DNA of 64,000 nt from Patescibacteria group bacterium (GCA_018062825.1 JAGORL010000002.1:65629-129628), one strand, 5' to 3'. Positions 18,751 to 29,611 are shown, counted from the first letter of the stretch. Numbers and translations: made by a program. The notes: generated by a model from the sequence alone, not told the origin.

Positions 18751-19023
18751 TTACTTCAAAACAATACGCCCGGAACGACGTGGAGTAATCGCTAATTCAA
18801 AACTTGCATCAAAGAACTTTCGACGAACGATCATGCCGGGTACAAGCGGCAAACGCTCCGTCGATGCGCCAATAAAAAATGGGAATATCGATCGCCTCAC
18901 CTCAACAGCGCCCTCAAGATCAGCACATTCGATGACAAAATTACGAACCAACGCTCGTGCGGCAATGTTACGGACAAATATCGTACGCTGTCCGGCCTGG
19001 CAGTCTTGTGGGCTTCTTACCAT
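18751..19023 (-). CDS. Hypothetical protein (90 aa)
   Basis: ORF with consistent coding appearance. No recognisable motif. Confidence 0.25.
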   Translation of the reverse strand: MVRSPQDCQAGQRTIFVRNIAARALVRNFVIECADLEGAVEVRRSIFPFFIGASTERLPLVPGMIVRRKFFDASFELAITPRRSGRIVLK

Positions 19024-19150
19024 AAATATACTTACTTTATAGATATATCACTTGAACCTATACAAGGCAACCGAAGAAGGTCAAACAAATAATCCTTGCC
19101 ATTTATCTAAATAGTGCTATTGTCAAAAGATAATTCTTCACATTTCTTCT

Positions 19151-19510
19151 ATGACGAAGCTAGTCAAAAAAATGAAAGCCGCACCGACAACTATGGACGG
19201 GGGCGCAAAGGGACTAGTAGCTGCTGGAGCTCTCGCAGCTACCATTGGCGGCATCTATCTCATGAGTCGCTCGAAAAAGAAGAGCCCAGTGAAAAAAGCG
19301 CAAGCTTGGATTCTTCGCGCTAAGGCCGACGTAATGGAAGAGCTACACAAGCTCCCCGAAGTTACACGCGAGGCCTATGTAGGCATCGTACAGTCCGTAC
19401 TGAAGCACTACGAAAAGATGAAAGACATCTCCAAAGACGAGTTGGCTGATCTAAAAAAAGATTTAGAGGGTCAGTGGAAAGAGGCCTTGAAGAACTACAA
19501 GAAAAAGTAA
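19151..19510 (+). CDS. Hypothetical small membrane-associated protein (119 aa)
   Basis: N-terminal hydrophobic helix GLVAAGALAATIGGIYLM followed by a charged coiled-coil region. Terminator immediately downstream. Confidence 0.4.
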   Translation: MTKLVKKMKAAPTTMDGGAKGLVAAGALAATIGGIYLMSRSKKKSPVKKAQAWILRAKADVMEELHKLPEVTREAYVGIVQSVLKHYEKMKDISKDELADLKKDLEGQWKEALKNYKKK

Positions 19511-19544
19511 TTCTTCAGAAGAGTCTGTCACGTACTTAAACAAA

Positions 19545-19575
19545 AATACCAACCACCAAGGTTGGTATTTGTTAT
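19545..19575. terminator. Rho-independent terminator
   Basis: accaacc-accaag-ggttggt followed by a T-rich run. Confidence 0.65.
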
Positions 19576-19590
19576 AGCAAAAGAAGAAGA

Positions 19591-20562
19591 TCAATTACCC
19601 GCAATCAGTATCGCAATATAGGCAATATACGCCACCACCATAGATGCGCCCTGCCAACGCTCGATCACGTGCCGTAGACCAATAAACAGAAGAGCAAAAA
19701 CGGTAAGCGAACAACCGACCACGATCAAAATGTCCAAATGAGAGGATTGCGAGATCGGTAGCGGAGCTATCAACGCCGTAACACCCAGCACAAAAAGAAT
19801 GTTAAAAATATTTGATCCAACAACGTTACCCACCGCCATATCAGACTGACCCTTACGAGCAGCCACAACCGACGTAATAAGTTCCGGTAACGAAGTACCA
19901 ACCGCAACAATAGTCAGTCCGATCAATCGCTCCGTAACGCCAAGAGCAAGCGCAATGTCACTCGCGGCACCCACCAGAAACTTTCCGGACAAAATAAGAC
20001 CAACTAAACCAGCAACAATCATCGCAACAGTACGTGGCCAGCCAAATATCTTGACCTCACTCGTATCATTCCCACTTTTTGCGATGCTATAGGTGTAATA
20101 AAGGAAGATGAGAAAAATAGCGAGGAGCACCAAGCCGTCAGTTGCGGTAAGTACATTTGTACTACCGCCATCAAGAAACACGTCAGACGCCATGATGAGT
20201 AGAACTAGCGCCGACAACATCATGAACGGAACCTCCTTCCAAACAGTTGAATGCTGAAGCTTCACGCTCTTCATCCAGGCAACAAGCCCAAGGATAAGAA
20301 GAATATTCGCAATATTTGAACCAGCGATGTTTCCAATGGCAATATCAGTCACCCCACTAAGCGCAGAAGACACATTAACCGAGAGCTCTGGAGCAGATGT
20401 GCCAAAAGCCACAACCGTCAGACCAATTACTAAAGAAGAAACTCCCAAACGTTTAGCAAAAGAAGACGCGCCATCCACCAAAAGATCGGCAGACTTCACA
20501 AGCGCAACCAAGGAGATGATGATAATGACGACAGAAAGCAGCATAAAACTTGGAAAAATCAA
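19591..20562 (-). CDS. Ca2+/cation antiporter (CaCA family, YrbG-like sodium/calcium exchanger)
   Basis: Two alpha-repeats: [11 protein letters not shown] and [29 protein letters not shown] and [16 protein letters not shown] motifs. Confidence 0.8.
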   Translation of the reverse strand: MIFPSFMLLSVVIIIISLVALVKSADLLVDGASSFAKRLGVSSLVIGLTVVAFGTSAPELSVNVSSALSGVTDIAIGNIAGSNIANILLILGLVAWMKSVKLQHSTVWKEVPFMMLSALVLLIMASDVFLDGGSTNVLTATDGLVLLAIFLIFLYYTYSIAKSGNDTSEVKIFGWPRTVAMIVAGLVGLILSGKFLVGAASDIALALGVTERLIGLTIVAVGTSLPELITSVVAARKGQSDMAVGNVVGSNIFNILFVLGVTALIAPLPISQSSHLDILIVVGCSLTVFALLFIGLRHVIERWQGASMVVAYIAYIAILIAGN

Positions 20563-20682
20563 CCCCCATTAATCTCGGAAAATTATAACCTGCATTTGCT
20601 ATAACAAAAATCCCCGCTGTAATAAGCGGAGATTTTCGTGGCAGGGGCTCGCAAGCGAGGTTAGAGCCCTTGTAATGGCTAA

Positions 20683-22953
20683 TTAAAACGTTCTTCCTTC
20701 GCGGTATTCCGTGGTTTCTCGACTGTAAACCTTCATTTCTATTAAGTTAAGGAACGTTTTGAGATCCTCATAGCTGATCATGTTTTCTATTTTTATGTCT
20801 GGATGGCGCATGGGGTCGTAACTGCGATAGTCGCCATATATCCTCCAGATCTCACGGGATAAACGCTCTTTAGCTTCCTCAGTATATTTCTCAGGAATTC
20901 CATTACCCGAGCGATCTTTTAGGTGTTGAGCCTGAACTTCGGGTGCTAAGTCGACAACTACTTGAGCAATATCCTTCATCCCAGCTGCCCAAGCGTATGC
21001 AGCTAGTTCGACTGCATCAACATAAATCCTGATCGAAGTGAATTCGTCTTTCGTTTTGGAAAGAGACATTTGATAGAACCTAAGGAATACTTTGATGATT
21101 TCATCTACCGTCTCCTTATCTTTCTTTTTGATAGCCCATAGCGCGTTTGATTTGAGTCTCTCGTATTCCATGTGACCAAAATTCCTCTTTGTATATCCCT
21201 CAGGAAGGAAGCTAAAAATGTTTCTGTAAATAGCGATTACTTCTTTGATCGCAATCGTCAGATTCTCAACGTCATGCTGCTTTTTATTCCATTTCAAAAT
21301 GGTTAACTGTTCTAAGTGCAGATCAAGCGCGCTTAGGACAAAATGAAGCAAAAAGCTATTCGCTTCGACCGCGATGCGTCCCAGTTCTTCGTAATAATCA
21401 AGAAATTCTTCAAAGGTATCGTTATCAAATTCCTCTTTTTTCTCCCAGTTTTGAACGATATATTCATTCAGGAGACGAGGAACGGATTGCTCATTAACGT
21501 TTGAAATTGCCGCATTCAGGCCCTCGGCATTTACTCCAATATTCAAGCCACTTTGAAGATAGAGAGCGGCAACCTTGGAGAGTCCTTGCAAAGACGACTT
21601 CACAAGTGAACGACTGATATCTCCGCTCGCTAAACCCCAAGCGATAACTTTAACAATTCCAATTACTGCCTCTTGAGTGATGTACCACTTCTTCAAAGAG
21701 GTTGCTACCAAAGCTTGTTCTTGAAAATCGTCACCCAGCTGTTTCGCGGTCAAGTAATCGCTAAACGGGACGTATGAGATAACACTTTTCAAATGCCTTA
21801 CACCCGTCATCGTGGCATCATCAACGTTTTTATATAAGGCCTCAACCAAATTTCTGTGCAGATATCCCACAACAAAATCGACATTTGGATTTGAAACATC
21901 TCTGCTTAGTATTTTATAGCTATTGGCTTGTATCGCAATCGCGACAAAACATTGGAAGTTCTGTTGTAATCCCGTCTGGTCTTCCGTCTTGATCAGTTGT
22001 CTGAAAAGATCGTTCAGTTGTTCCAGCACGAACATCAAATACTGATCAGTTCTCCCATCTTGTAACAAGATGCTGACATGAGCGGTTGAATATTTTCTCT
22101 GTTGAAAGTATGTCGATGCGATTTGGATTAAAGCACGGTATCCAGCGGCTGTTACTTCATATTTACGTCTTTCAGTGTACAAGCGCATTGTATCGATTAA
22201 AGATAAAACTTGGGCCTGAAAAGAGTTGAATATATCTGCATGGTCAAAGTTCGCCGTCACGAACATGTCTTCTTGCGGAACGTGAATAGATGTAGATGGT
22301 GGTGGATCCGCCTCAGGCTTTTGCTCGGCTTGTTTTAATGCAAGCAGTAGTTTTCGCACCTTCTCAAGGTAGTCGCTGACCTTTTGCCCCAGTTTACGAA
22401 TTCGTTCGGCGGGATTAATAAAATCCACTATAAACCTATAAAAACCATAAATCCTCCAAAAGACAAAAATAATGACTACAATAGCGAAAAGAAGCGAGAG
22501 ACTAGTAAACAATCCAGAACCTTGCGGAGTAAGGGCCAAGACAAATAAAGTCACCGCGAGCGCTGCCACCACCATGTAGTCCCATAACACCCGTGGACTA
22601 TCAGTGAAATCTTTCAAAATCTGTACACTTCCGTTTTCTGCCGCATGTTGGAGAGCGAAAACGGTCAGAGAAAATGTAATTGCAAGAACACCTGCTATCG
22701 AGGCAGCGATAGACGTAAAAAACTGTAGCCTGTCCCCACCATCAATATTTTGCAGGGCAAGGTTAATCGCTGGGAAGTTCCCAAGGAATAATAGTAGCGC
22801 TCCAGTTCCGAAAATACCCGATATCAGTCCGATGAAAAAATAACGGAAATTTGAGTTCCAAAGGATGAGCCCCTTCATCCGTAGTTGATTGCTCTTACTC
22901 CTCAGCCAGTCTTTCATTTTCATGTAGCGAGAGATTAGCAAATAATGGGTCAT
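20683..22953 (-). CDS. Large membrane protein of unknown function (756 aa), lower GC than its neighbours
   Basis: About 4 N-terminal TM helices, then a ~550-aa soluble alpha-helical region with no motif I can assign. Noticeably AT-richer codon usage (many AAA/TTT/ATT) than flanking genes. Confidence 0.5.
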   Translation of the reverse strand: MTHYLLISRYMKMKDWLRSKSNQLRMKGLILWNSNFRYFFIGLISGIFGTGALLLFLGNFPAINLALQNIDGGDRLQFFTSIAASIAGVLAITFSLTVFALQHAAENGSVQILKDFTDSPRVLWDYMVVAALAVTLFVLALTPQGSGLFTSLSLLFAIVVIIFVFWRIYGFYRFIVDFINPAERIRKLGQKVSDYLEKVRKLLLALKQAEQKPEADPPPSTSIHVPQEDMFVTANFDHADIFNSFQAQVLSLIDTMRLYTERRKYEVTAAGYRALIQIASTYFQQRKYSTAHVSILLQDGRTDQYLMFVLEQLNDLFRQLIKTEDQTGLQQNFQCFVAIAIQANSYKILSRDVSNPNVDFVVGYLHRNLVEALYKNVDDATMTGVRHLKSVISYVPFSDYLTAKQLGDDFQEQALVATSLKKWYITQEAVIGIVKVIAWGLASGDISRSLVKSSLQGLSKVAALYLQSGLNIGVNAEGLNAAISNVNEQSVPRLLNEYIVQNWEKKEEFDNDTFEEFLDYYEELGRIAVEANSFLLHFVLSALDLHLEQLTILKWNKKQHDVENLTIAIKEVIAIYRNIFSFLPEGYTKRNFGHMEYERLKSNALWAIKKKDKETVDEIIKVFLRFYQMSLSKTKDEFTSIRIYVDAVELAAYAWAAGMKDIAQVVVDLAPEVQAQHLKDRSGNGIPEKYTEEAKERLSREIWRIYGDYRSYDPMRHPDIKIENMISYEDLKTFLNLIEMKVYSRETTEYREGRTF

Positions 22954-23055
22954 TTTGCTATCCCTAAAGGTTCTCGCCTCCTCATCCTAACGCATTGAAT
23001 ATATTGCGTAGTTACCGTCGTGAACTTTCATGGCTGGCAAGTTCAGCGACCCGGC

Positions 23056-23656
23056 ATTACAAGAGTGTTCTCCAGTACGGCCAGAACCTGATAAGAAGAG
23101 TTGTAACAATGATTCCGTACAGGATCAAAAGCGGAAAATGTGGGTTGGTAGCGAGGAGCGTGTTCATTCCGGAGAGTTTTTGCGGTAGGCGGATATGCCG
23201 CTCCTGAACATTAAAAAGCGTCACATACCAGAAGATCGGGATAGTTGCTGTCCAAAAAACCAGACACCAAGGACAGAGAGAATTAATAACGAAGGCGCTT
23301 TGATAGAAGAACTAATACACAAAAGCTACTGCACCTGTGACGCCTATTTGTGCACCAATCCAAAACCATCGTTTGAACTGCGCGCCAGCGAGAAGGGCGC
23401 TTCCTATGGTGACAATTATGGGAAAGCCCACCACTCCGAGCAGTGAGTTTGGAAATCCAAATAGGGTCGATTGCCAAGAGTCCATAACCGACGAGCAGCT
23501 GATGAACGGACTGATGTTGCATGGTGGAGTGTAGTTAGGATCAGCGGCCGCAGACATGGACTGAACCGTGAGTTCAAAAGACGCAAAAAGTCCAAGCAAA
23601 CCCATGGCGATGAGGATGTAGGGGAAGGCCTTTTTCACTCCGTCATAGTCTGTCAT
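23056..23656 (-). pseudogene. Vitamin K epoxide reductase (VKOR) family protein, interrupted by a frameshift near 23305-23315
   Basis: Upstream frame (ORF 23312..23719) gives the TM1-TM3 part with loop cysteines CNISPFISCSSV. After its stop, the +1 frame continues LFFYQSAFVINSLCPWCLVFWTATIPIFWYV..., carrying the VKOR CXXC active site CPWC, and stops near 23056. Confidence 0.6.
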
Positions 23657-24177
23657 AGGAGGTAGCGCTTGCTCCGAACGAAGGGGATTTTTGCCCACCA
23701 TTTGCCCAAGCCAAGCCATTCGCCCGCTGACATACGCGTCATGAGAAGAAGGACAAGAATGTAGATGATGTGCTCATCAAGAACGGGATTATGTTCAGGT
23801 GGGAGTCCGGTGGCCAGATACATGAAGAAGAGCATGAGCGATCCGGCGTACCCCGCCACCCGAACGCCTATCCCGAGGATGAGTGAGAGCCCTACGCACA
23901 GCAATCCGAGCATAAAGAGCCAATCGACTATAGCGTTGCCCGCTACGGCCTGAAACAGGCCTTGAAGGGGGCCGTGCGTTGCGTATGTGAGATACCCGTA
24001 TGTCGGAGAGGTCCCGCCAAGCCAAGAAGCCTCTGGCGGCGTACTGAAGCCGAGTCCGAAGACCTTATCAAGAAACGCCCAGAAAAAAATGAATCCGAGG
24101 GAGATACGGAGCATGCCCCAAAGCAAGTGTTCAATGGTGTAGCGCATAGTAGAGAGTATCTCCCTTAAGGATTTCAT
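23653..24177 (-). CDS. DoxX family membrane protein
   Basis: Four hydrophobic helices with the DoxX-like pattern (LLWGMLRISLGFIFFWAFLDK ...), about 170 aa. Adjacent to VKOR, a pairing reported for thiol-oxidoreductase complexes. Confidence 0.55.
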   Translation of the reverse strand: MKSLREILSTMRYTIEHLLWGMLRISLGFIFFWAFLDKVFGLGFSTPPEASWLGGTSPTYGYLTYATHGPLQGLFQAVAGNAIVDWLFMLGLLCVGLSLILGIGVRVAGYAGSLMLFFMYLATGLPPEHNPVLDEHIIYILVLLLMTRMSAGEWLGLGKWWAKIPFVRSKRYLL

Positions 24178-24179
24178 TA

Positions 24180-24872
24180 TTATGTTTTAATCGCAACTTG
24201 AAGTCCTGGGAATTTTCGTTTGATGTTCGACATTACTTCATCTAAGTTCAGGGGTGGCATTTGCGCCAAGTCTGGCGTAAGTGTTTTTTCGTAGCGCACC
24301 TGCTGAAGTGCGTAGAGCTCCCCCGGTTTTAGATAGCCCGCTATGGTCATAATATCCTCTTCATTGTGGAGGGCGGAATAGATTGTGGTTCTGAATTCGT
24401 GGTCAATACCACAGTCTTGAATCATGGTGAAGGTCTTTCTGCAATTCTCCACGGCAATATCGGGAGTCTCGCCGATAACGTCATTATACTTCTCCCAGCG
24501 ATGCTTTACGTCCATGGCGAAGAAATCGACGGCCTCTTTTTGGAGACATCGTTCAATGAGGCGTGGGTTGACACCATTCGTATCGAGCTTTACTCGCAGT
24601 CCAAGGTCTTTGATTTTCTTGAGGAACTCTGGGAGGTCAGGATGCGTTGTCGGTTCGCCCCCGGTCACAACCACTCCGTCAAGCATTGCGGCATCTTCTT
24701 TAATACGTTTCAGTATCGACTCTTCACTTATTTCAGAGTCAGATGTGCTTGGAATGAGTTCGGGATTGTGGCAGTAAACACAGCGAAACGGACACCCTTG
24801 CGTGAACACAATCGAGGCAACGTGTCCGGGGTAATCGATGAGTGTGAGAGGTTGATATCCAGCTATGCGCAT
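24180..24872 (-). CDS. nrdG: Anaerobic ribonucleoside-triphosphate reductase activating protein (radical SAM)
   Basis: CPFRCVYCHNPE is the CX3CX2C radical-SAM cluster motif in the NrdG-typical N-terminal context. Overlaps the nrdD stop by ~10 bp. Confidence 0.8.
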   Translation of the reverse strand: MRIAGYQPLTLIDYPGHVASIVFTQGCPFRCVYCHNPELIPSTSDSEISEESILKRIKEDAAMLDGVVVTGGEPTTHPDLPEFLKKIKDLGLRVKLDTNGVNPRLIERCLQKEAVDFFAMDVKHRWEKYNDVIGETPDIAVENCRKTFTMIQDCGIDHEFRTTIYSALHNEEDIMTIAGYLKPGELYALQQVRYEKTLTPDLAQMPPLNLDEVMSNIKRKFPGLQVAIKT

Positions 24873-26677
24873 ACAGTTTGTTCTTCAGTTTGAGGGATAT
24901 ATTCTTCTCGTTCTGCGTACTCGCTCTTTTTCCCCTTATTCCATTCCTGTACTGGACGGAAATAGCCGACAACGCGTGACCAAACTTCGCATGAAGCCTG
25001 ACAGGACGGGCAAGAACGTACCTCCCCCGCAATGTATCCGTGCGTCGGACAGACGCTGAAGGTTGGCGTAACGGTGATATACGGTAGACGGTGATTTGCA
25101 ATTACTTTCTTCACAAATTCCCGACACATCTTCCAATCGTGGATGCGTTCGCCAAGGAATAGGTGTAGAACGGTGCCGCCCGTATAACGCGTCTGAAGAT
25201 CATCCTGATGTCTGAGAGCGGCGAGAGGGTTGTCTGTGTATCCAACCGGCAAATGAGAAGAGTTTGTATAGTAAGGCGCTTCGCTAGTACCCGCCTGGAT
25301 GATATCGGGGAAACGCTTTTGATCTTCTTTGGCAAAACGGTAGGTTGTGCCCTCTGCCGGGGTAGCTTCAAGATTATAGAGGTGGCCGGTTTCTTCTTGA
25401 TACTTCACAAGTTCGCCCCGCATGAAATCAAGGATCTCCATGGCGAACGCTTTTCCTTCCTCGGTGGCGATGGTGTACTCCTTGCCAAGGAAATTCATAC
25501 AGGCCTCGTTCATGCCATTGAGACCGATGGTTGAGAAATGATTGCGGAGTGAAGGAAGATAGCGCTTTGTGAACGGAAGCAGGCCACGATCGATATTGCT
25601 TTGTACAACCTTCCGCTTGAGTTCAAGCGAGGTTTTGCTGACTTCCATGAGATTGCGAAGCTGAGCAAAGAATTCTTCTTTATTTTTTGTAATATGCGCG
25701 ATCCGGGGGAGATTGATGGTAACGACGCCAACACTTCCCGTCATTTCCGCCGAACCAAAGAGGCCACCTCCGCGTGCACGTAACGCCCTTAGATCGAGTT
25801 GGAGGCGGCAGCACATACTCCGTACGTCGCCGGGATTCAGCGAGGAATTTACGAAGTTTTGGAAATACGGAATACCATATTTTGCCGTCATCTCAAAAAG
25901 ACCCTGAGTATTCGGATGCTCCCAATCGAAGTCTTTTGTGATGTTGTAGGTCGGAATGGGAAATGTGAAAATACGGCCCTTGCTATCACCGGCACTCATG
26001 ACGTCAATAAAGGCCTTGTTAATGACATCCATCTCCTTCTGACAGTCTTCATAAGTGAAATCTTGCTCCTTTCCTCCGATGATTGGTTTTTGCGTGCGCA
26101 TGTCTTCCGGGCAATTCCAATCGAGCGTGATGTTTGTAAACGGCGTTTGCATGCCCCAGCGGGAAGGAACATTGAGATTAAACACAAACTGTTGGATGCC
26201 CTGACGTACATCTTCATATGACAAGCCATCTTTTCTGACGTAGGGAGCAAGAAAAGTATCAAACGAAGAGAAGGCTTGAGCGCCCGCCCACTCGTTTTGG
26301 AGCGTTCCCAGAAAATTTACCATCTGTCCAAGCGCGGTGTCGAAATGCTTTGGTGGGGCTGATTCAACCTTCCCCGACACACCGTTGAAGCCTTCGATAA
26401 GAAGTTGCCGAAGACTCCAGCCAGCGCAGTAACCCGAGAACATGTCGAGGTCATGGATATGAACATTGCCGTCAATATGCGCCTTGCGGACTTCTTCGGG
26501 GTAAATTTTATGAAGCCAATAGTTCGCAATGATTTTTCCTGAAATGTTGAGAATCATGCCGCCGAGGGAATAGCCTTGATTGGCATTTGCATTTACGCGC
26601 CAGTCCAGACGATCGAGGTATTCATCGACGGTCTGGATGGGATCAACGGTTTTAGCGGAAGAGGAGGCGGTTGTCAT
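24863..26677 (-). CDS. nrdD: Anaerobic ribonucleoside-triphosphate reductase (class III)
   Basis: 604 aa. C-terminal zinc ribbon CPTHGY...CPSC...C and glycyl-radical motif SRVVGYFRPV (the RVxGY motif). Core blocks are typical of NrdD. Confidence 0.85.
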   Translation of the reverse strand: MTTASSSAKTVDPIQTVDEYLDRLDWRVNANANQGYSLGGMILNISGKIIANYWLHKIYPEEVRKAHIDGNVHIHDLDMFSGYCAGWSLRQLLIEGFNGVSGKVESAPPKHFDTALGQMVNFLGTLQNEWAGAQAFSSFDTFLAPYVRKDGLSYEDVRQGIQQFVFNLNVPSRWGMQTPFTNITLDWNCPEDMRTQKPIIGGKEQDFTYEDCQKEMDVINKAFIDVMSAGDSKGRIFTFPIPTYNITKDFDWEHPNTQGLFEMTAKYGIPYFQNFVNSSLNPGDVRSMCCRLQLDLRALRARGGGLFGSAEMTGSVGVVTINLPRIAHITKNKEEFFAQLRNLMEVSKTSLELKRKVVQSNIDRGLLPFTKRYLPSLRNHFSTIGLNGMNEACMNFLGKEYTIATEEGKAFAMEILDFMRGELVKYQEETGHLYNLEATPAEGTTYRFAKEDQKRFPDIIQAGTSEAPYYTNSSHLPVGYTDNPLAALRHQDDLQTRYTGGTVLHLFLGERIHDWKMCREFVKKVIANHRLPYITVTPTFSVCPTHGYIAGEVRSCPSCQASCEVWSRVVGYFRPVQEWNKGKKSEYAEREEYIPQTEEQTVCA

Positions 26678-26732
26678 AAAAAAAATAAAAACCCGCTTGC
26701 GCGAGCTTCATGAGCTTCTTAGGTGGGATTCT

Positions 26733-26945
26733 TTAGGTTGTATTTGGCAGTTGTGCCGATGGGCAGTGGATGCGGTTAGGGCATTTTTCAATCATGCAAA
26801 GCAGATTGTTAAATTGTGATTTAGATACCGTCGTCACCCCTTTGCAGCTTTTGCAGAGCACTTGAATTTCCGCTTCGACCACCACTCCTTTGAAGAGGAG
26901 TTTATGGCACGTCGCGCATCGATACTCGTGAAGCTGAGGGGTCAT
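26733..26945 (-). CDS. Small zinc-ribbon protein, Mu Com-like fold (tentative)
   Basis: YRCATCHKLLFKG...VLCKSCKG follows the Com-family pattern RC..C.KLL......KC..CK. Sits immediately upstream of nrdD on the same strand. Confidence 0.35.
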   Translation of the reverse strand: MTPQLHEYRCATCHKLLFKGVVVEAEIQVLCKSCKGVTTVSKSQFNNLLCMIEKCPNRIHCPSAQLPNTT

Positions 26946-27065
26946 ACAGGGTTCTTACATCATAGCACGGGAAAAATTCTCCTCACACCATATGTTGTGG
27001 TATCTCCTGACTTTGTCCACAACATGCAGATTTTATCGCTGATATTGGAGATATAAACAGGATGT

Positions 27066-27093
27066 TTGCAGAATACCCCCCAGGGGGTATAAT
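27066..27093 (+). promoter_or_regulatory. Sigma-70-like promoter (-35 TTGCAG, -10 TATAAT) overlapped by a CsoR-type operator palindrome ATACCCCCCAGGGGGTAT
   Basis: Perfect GC-rich dyad at 27073..27090, overlapping the -10 box at 27088..27093. Located 10 bp upstream of the csoR ATG. Confidence 0.6.
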
Positions 27094-27102
27094 CATCTGC
27101 AT

Positions 27103-27369
27103 ATGAAAGCAGAACAGAAAAAGAACTTGTTACGGCGGCTGAAGATTTTAGAGGGTCAGGTTCGGGGGCTTCAGGAACTGATCGGAAAAGACACCTATTG
27201 CATCGACGTTATTACCCAAACGTCAGCCGTAAAGCAGGGGCTATCAAATATCGAGGACATCCTGCTTGAGGGTCATCTGGGCCATTGCGCGATCAATCAA
27301 ATTAAGAACGGCAAGCAAGATAAGGCTATTGAGGAGATCTTGAAAGTCTACAAACTCAAGCGTAAATAA
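27103..27369 (+). CDS. csoR: CsoR/RcnR family metal-sensing transcriptional repressor
   Basis: [19 protein letters not shown]...[16 protein letters not shown]...[10 protein letters not shown] carries the conserved C-H-C metal ligand pattern of CsoR. Confidence 0.75.
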   Translation: MKAEQKKNLLRRLKILEGQVRGLQELIGKDTYCIDVITQTSAVKQGLSNIEDILLEGHLGHCAINQIKNGKQDKAIEEILKVYKLKRK

Positions 27370-27370
27370 T

Positions 27371-29611
27371 ATGCAAAAAGTAAATGCCCATGTCTCGGGA
27401 ATGCACTGCGCTTCTTGTGTTGGTCGAATAGAAAAAACCCTTGGTAAGCAAAAAGGTGTACAGGCGGTTTCTGTAAACCTTGCGACTGAAGAGGCGCGTA
27501 TTACGCTTGATGCTTCGCAAACTGACGTTGACACGCTTTCGCAAGCTATTGAACCGATGGGCTATAAGCTCCATCCAAAAGAGCACGACATGGCGGAAGC
27601 TCACGGGGGAGAGCACGATCACGCGAAGGCGTCAGAAGGTGAAGTGTCGGCACTTCGCAAGAAAGTACTTATTTCGATGCCGCTTGTCGTCTTCGCCGCA
27701 GGCATGATGCTGTACGAAGTCCTATCGGAGAACTTTGGATTACTCCCCCGCATTTCGGATGTCGTTGAGGAGTTCTTGCATCATCTCCTTCCGGTTTTTG
27801 CTACCTACATGATGTTTGCGATCGGTACGCCATACCTCCGCGGTCTTTGGATGTTCTTCCGCCGAGGCGTTGCCGACATGGATACGCTTGTCGGCCTTGG
27901 AACAATGACAGCTTTTCTTTACAGTTTCACGCTGGCAGCATTTGAAGAACCGCTCGCGCCTTATGTAGACGTCACCGCCACCTATTACGACGTCACAATC
28001 GTGGTCATCGGACTTATTACGCTGGGTAAATATTTTGAGGTCAGGGCAAAACAAAAGACGGGAGATGCGATTAAAAAGCTCATGGGATTGCAGGTAAAAA
28101 CTGCTACCGTGCTTCGTAACGGAAAGGAAGAAACACTTGCCATTGATCAGGTGCAGAAGGGCGATCTTGTGCTTGTGAAGCCAGGCATGAAGATTCCGGT
28201 TGATGGGGTCGTGGTCGAGGGCTCATCATTTCTTGATGAGGCGATGCTCACCGGAGAGCCAGTGCCGGTTGAGAAAAAGGAGGGCGACAAAGTGTCAGCA
28301 GGAACCATAAATACAACAGGCGCGTTTACCATGCAGGCAACGGGCGTGGGGTCTGAAACCTTGCTTGCTCATATCATCACTCTCGTCGCTGAGGCTCAGG
28401 GGTCGAAAGCTCCAATCCAACGGTTAGCAGATAAAATTTCAAGCATCTTTGTTCCGATTGTCCTTGTCATCGCGCTGATCGCGCTCATCGTGTGGCTTCT
28501 TGTCGGAAGTGTTCCTATGGCGTTATCGGCGTTCGTTACGGTTCTTGTCATTGCCTGTCCGTGCGCACTTGGCCTTGCCACGCCGACGGCCATCATGGTC
28601 GGGGTTGGACGCGGGGCCACGCACGGCATCCTTATTAAGAATGCGGAAATTCTTGAAAAGCTTCACAAAATCACGACACTTGTCATTGATAAAACGGGAA
28701 CGCTGACCGAGGGCAAGCCAAAGGTGCTCGCGGTGTCGGCAACCGGAAGCCTGAATGAGCATGACGCGCTTACCGTTCTTGCAAGCCTTGAAGCGCAATC
28801 GGAACACCCGCTTGCTGACGCCATTCTTTCCTATGCCAATGCTCAAGGAGTGAAGAAGGAGAAGGTATCGGGGTATGAGAATATTCCCGGGCAGGGATTG
28901 AAAGCGACGATTGACGGTGCTGTTTATTATGTTGGCAGTCCCAGTTTGCTCGCATCCTTGAACCTTGGAATGCCGAAGAGCACGAAGATGCCGAAGGGGG
29001 CGACGGTCATTTATCTTACGAATGAAAAAGAGGTACTCCTTACGGTTGCCATTGGCGACCAAATTAAGAAAGGCGCAAAAGATGCCCTTACGAAACTTCA
29101 CGGACTTGGTATCCGCGTCATCATGGCAACGGGCGACAACAAGGAAGCCGCCCAGGTCGTTGCAAAAGAACTCGGTATCAATGAGGTGTTCGCCGAAGTG
29201 CTTCCTCAGGACAAGCTCGCGAAGATCAAAGAACTTCAGGAAAAGGGAGAGGTCGTCGGTATGGCGGGAGACGGTGTAAATGATGCCCCTGCGCTTGCTC
29301 AGGCAGATATTGGGATCGCCATGGCTACAGGCTCCGACGTGTCGATTGAAACGAGCGATGTTGCACTTCTTCACGGTGATATTGGAAAAATTACGCAGGC
29401 CATTGAGCTTTCAAGGGCAACCATGGCGACGGTCAAGCAAAATCTTTTTTGGGCGTTTATTTACAATATTGTCGGCATTCCACTTGCGGCAGGCGTATTC
29501 TTCCCAGTCTTCGGCTGGCTCCTGTCCCCGATATTCGCAGGGTTTGCCATGGCCATGTCGAGTGTATCGGTCGTCCTCAATTCGCTTCGCCTTAAGCTGA
29601 AAAAGCTCTAA
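27371..29611 (+). CDS. copA: Copper-translocating P1B-type ATPase
   Basis: N-terminal HMA domain [18 protein letters not shown] motif [20 protein letters not shown] phosphorylation site. [10 protein letters not shown] hinge. Confidence 0.9.
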   Translation: MQKVNAHVSGMHCASCVGRIEKTLGKQKGVQAVSVNLATEEARITLDASQTDVDTLSQAIEPMGYKLHPKEHDMAEAHGGEHDHAKASEGEVSALRKKVLISMPLVVFAAGMMLYEVLSENFGLLPRISDVVEEFLHHLLPVFATYMMFAIGTPYLRGLWMFFRRGVADMDTLVGLGTMTAFLYSFTLAAFEEPLAPYVDVTATYYDVTIVVIGLITLGKYFEVRAKQKTGDAIKKLMGLQVKTATVLRNGKEETLAIDQVQKGDLVLVKPGMKIPVDGVVVEGSSFLDEAMLTGEPVPVEKKEGDKVSAGTINTTGAFTMQATGVGSETLLAHIITLVAEAQGSKAPIQRLADKISSIFVPIVLVIALIALIVWLLVGSVPMALSAFVTVLVIACPCALGLATPTAIMVGVGRGATHGILIKNAEILEKLHKITTLVIDKTGTLTEGKPKVLAVSATGSLNEHDALTVLASLEAQSEHPLADAILSYANAQGVKKEKVSGYENIPGQGLKATIDGAVYYVGSPSLLASLNLGMPKSTKMPKGATVIYLTNEKEVLLTVAIGDQIKKGAKDALTKLHGLGIRVIMATGDNKEAAQVVAKELGINEVFAEVLPQDKLAKIKELQEKGEVVGMAGDGVNDAPALAQADIGIAMATGSDVSIETSDVALLHGDIGKITQAIELSRATMATVKQNLFWAFIYNIVGIPLAAGVFFPVFGWLLSPIFAGFAMAMSSVSVVLNSLRLKLKKL

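Noticed and set aside
28523-29374. 283-aa minus-strand ORF inside copA
   Set aside because: Lies entirely antisense within a confidently identified P-type ATPase gene. Composition-driven spurious frame.
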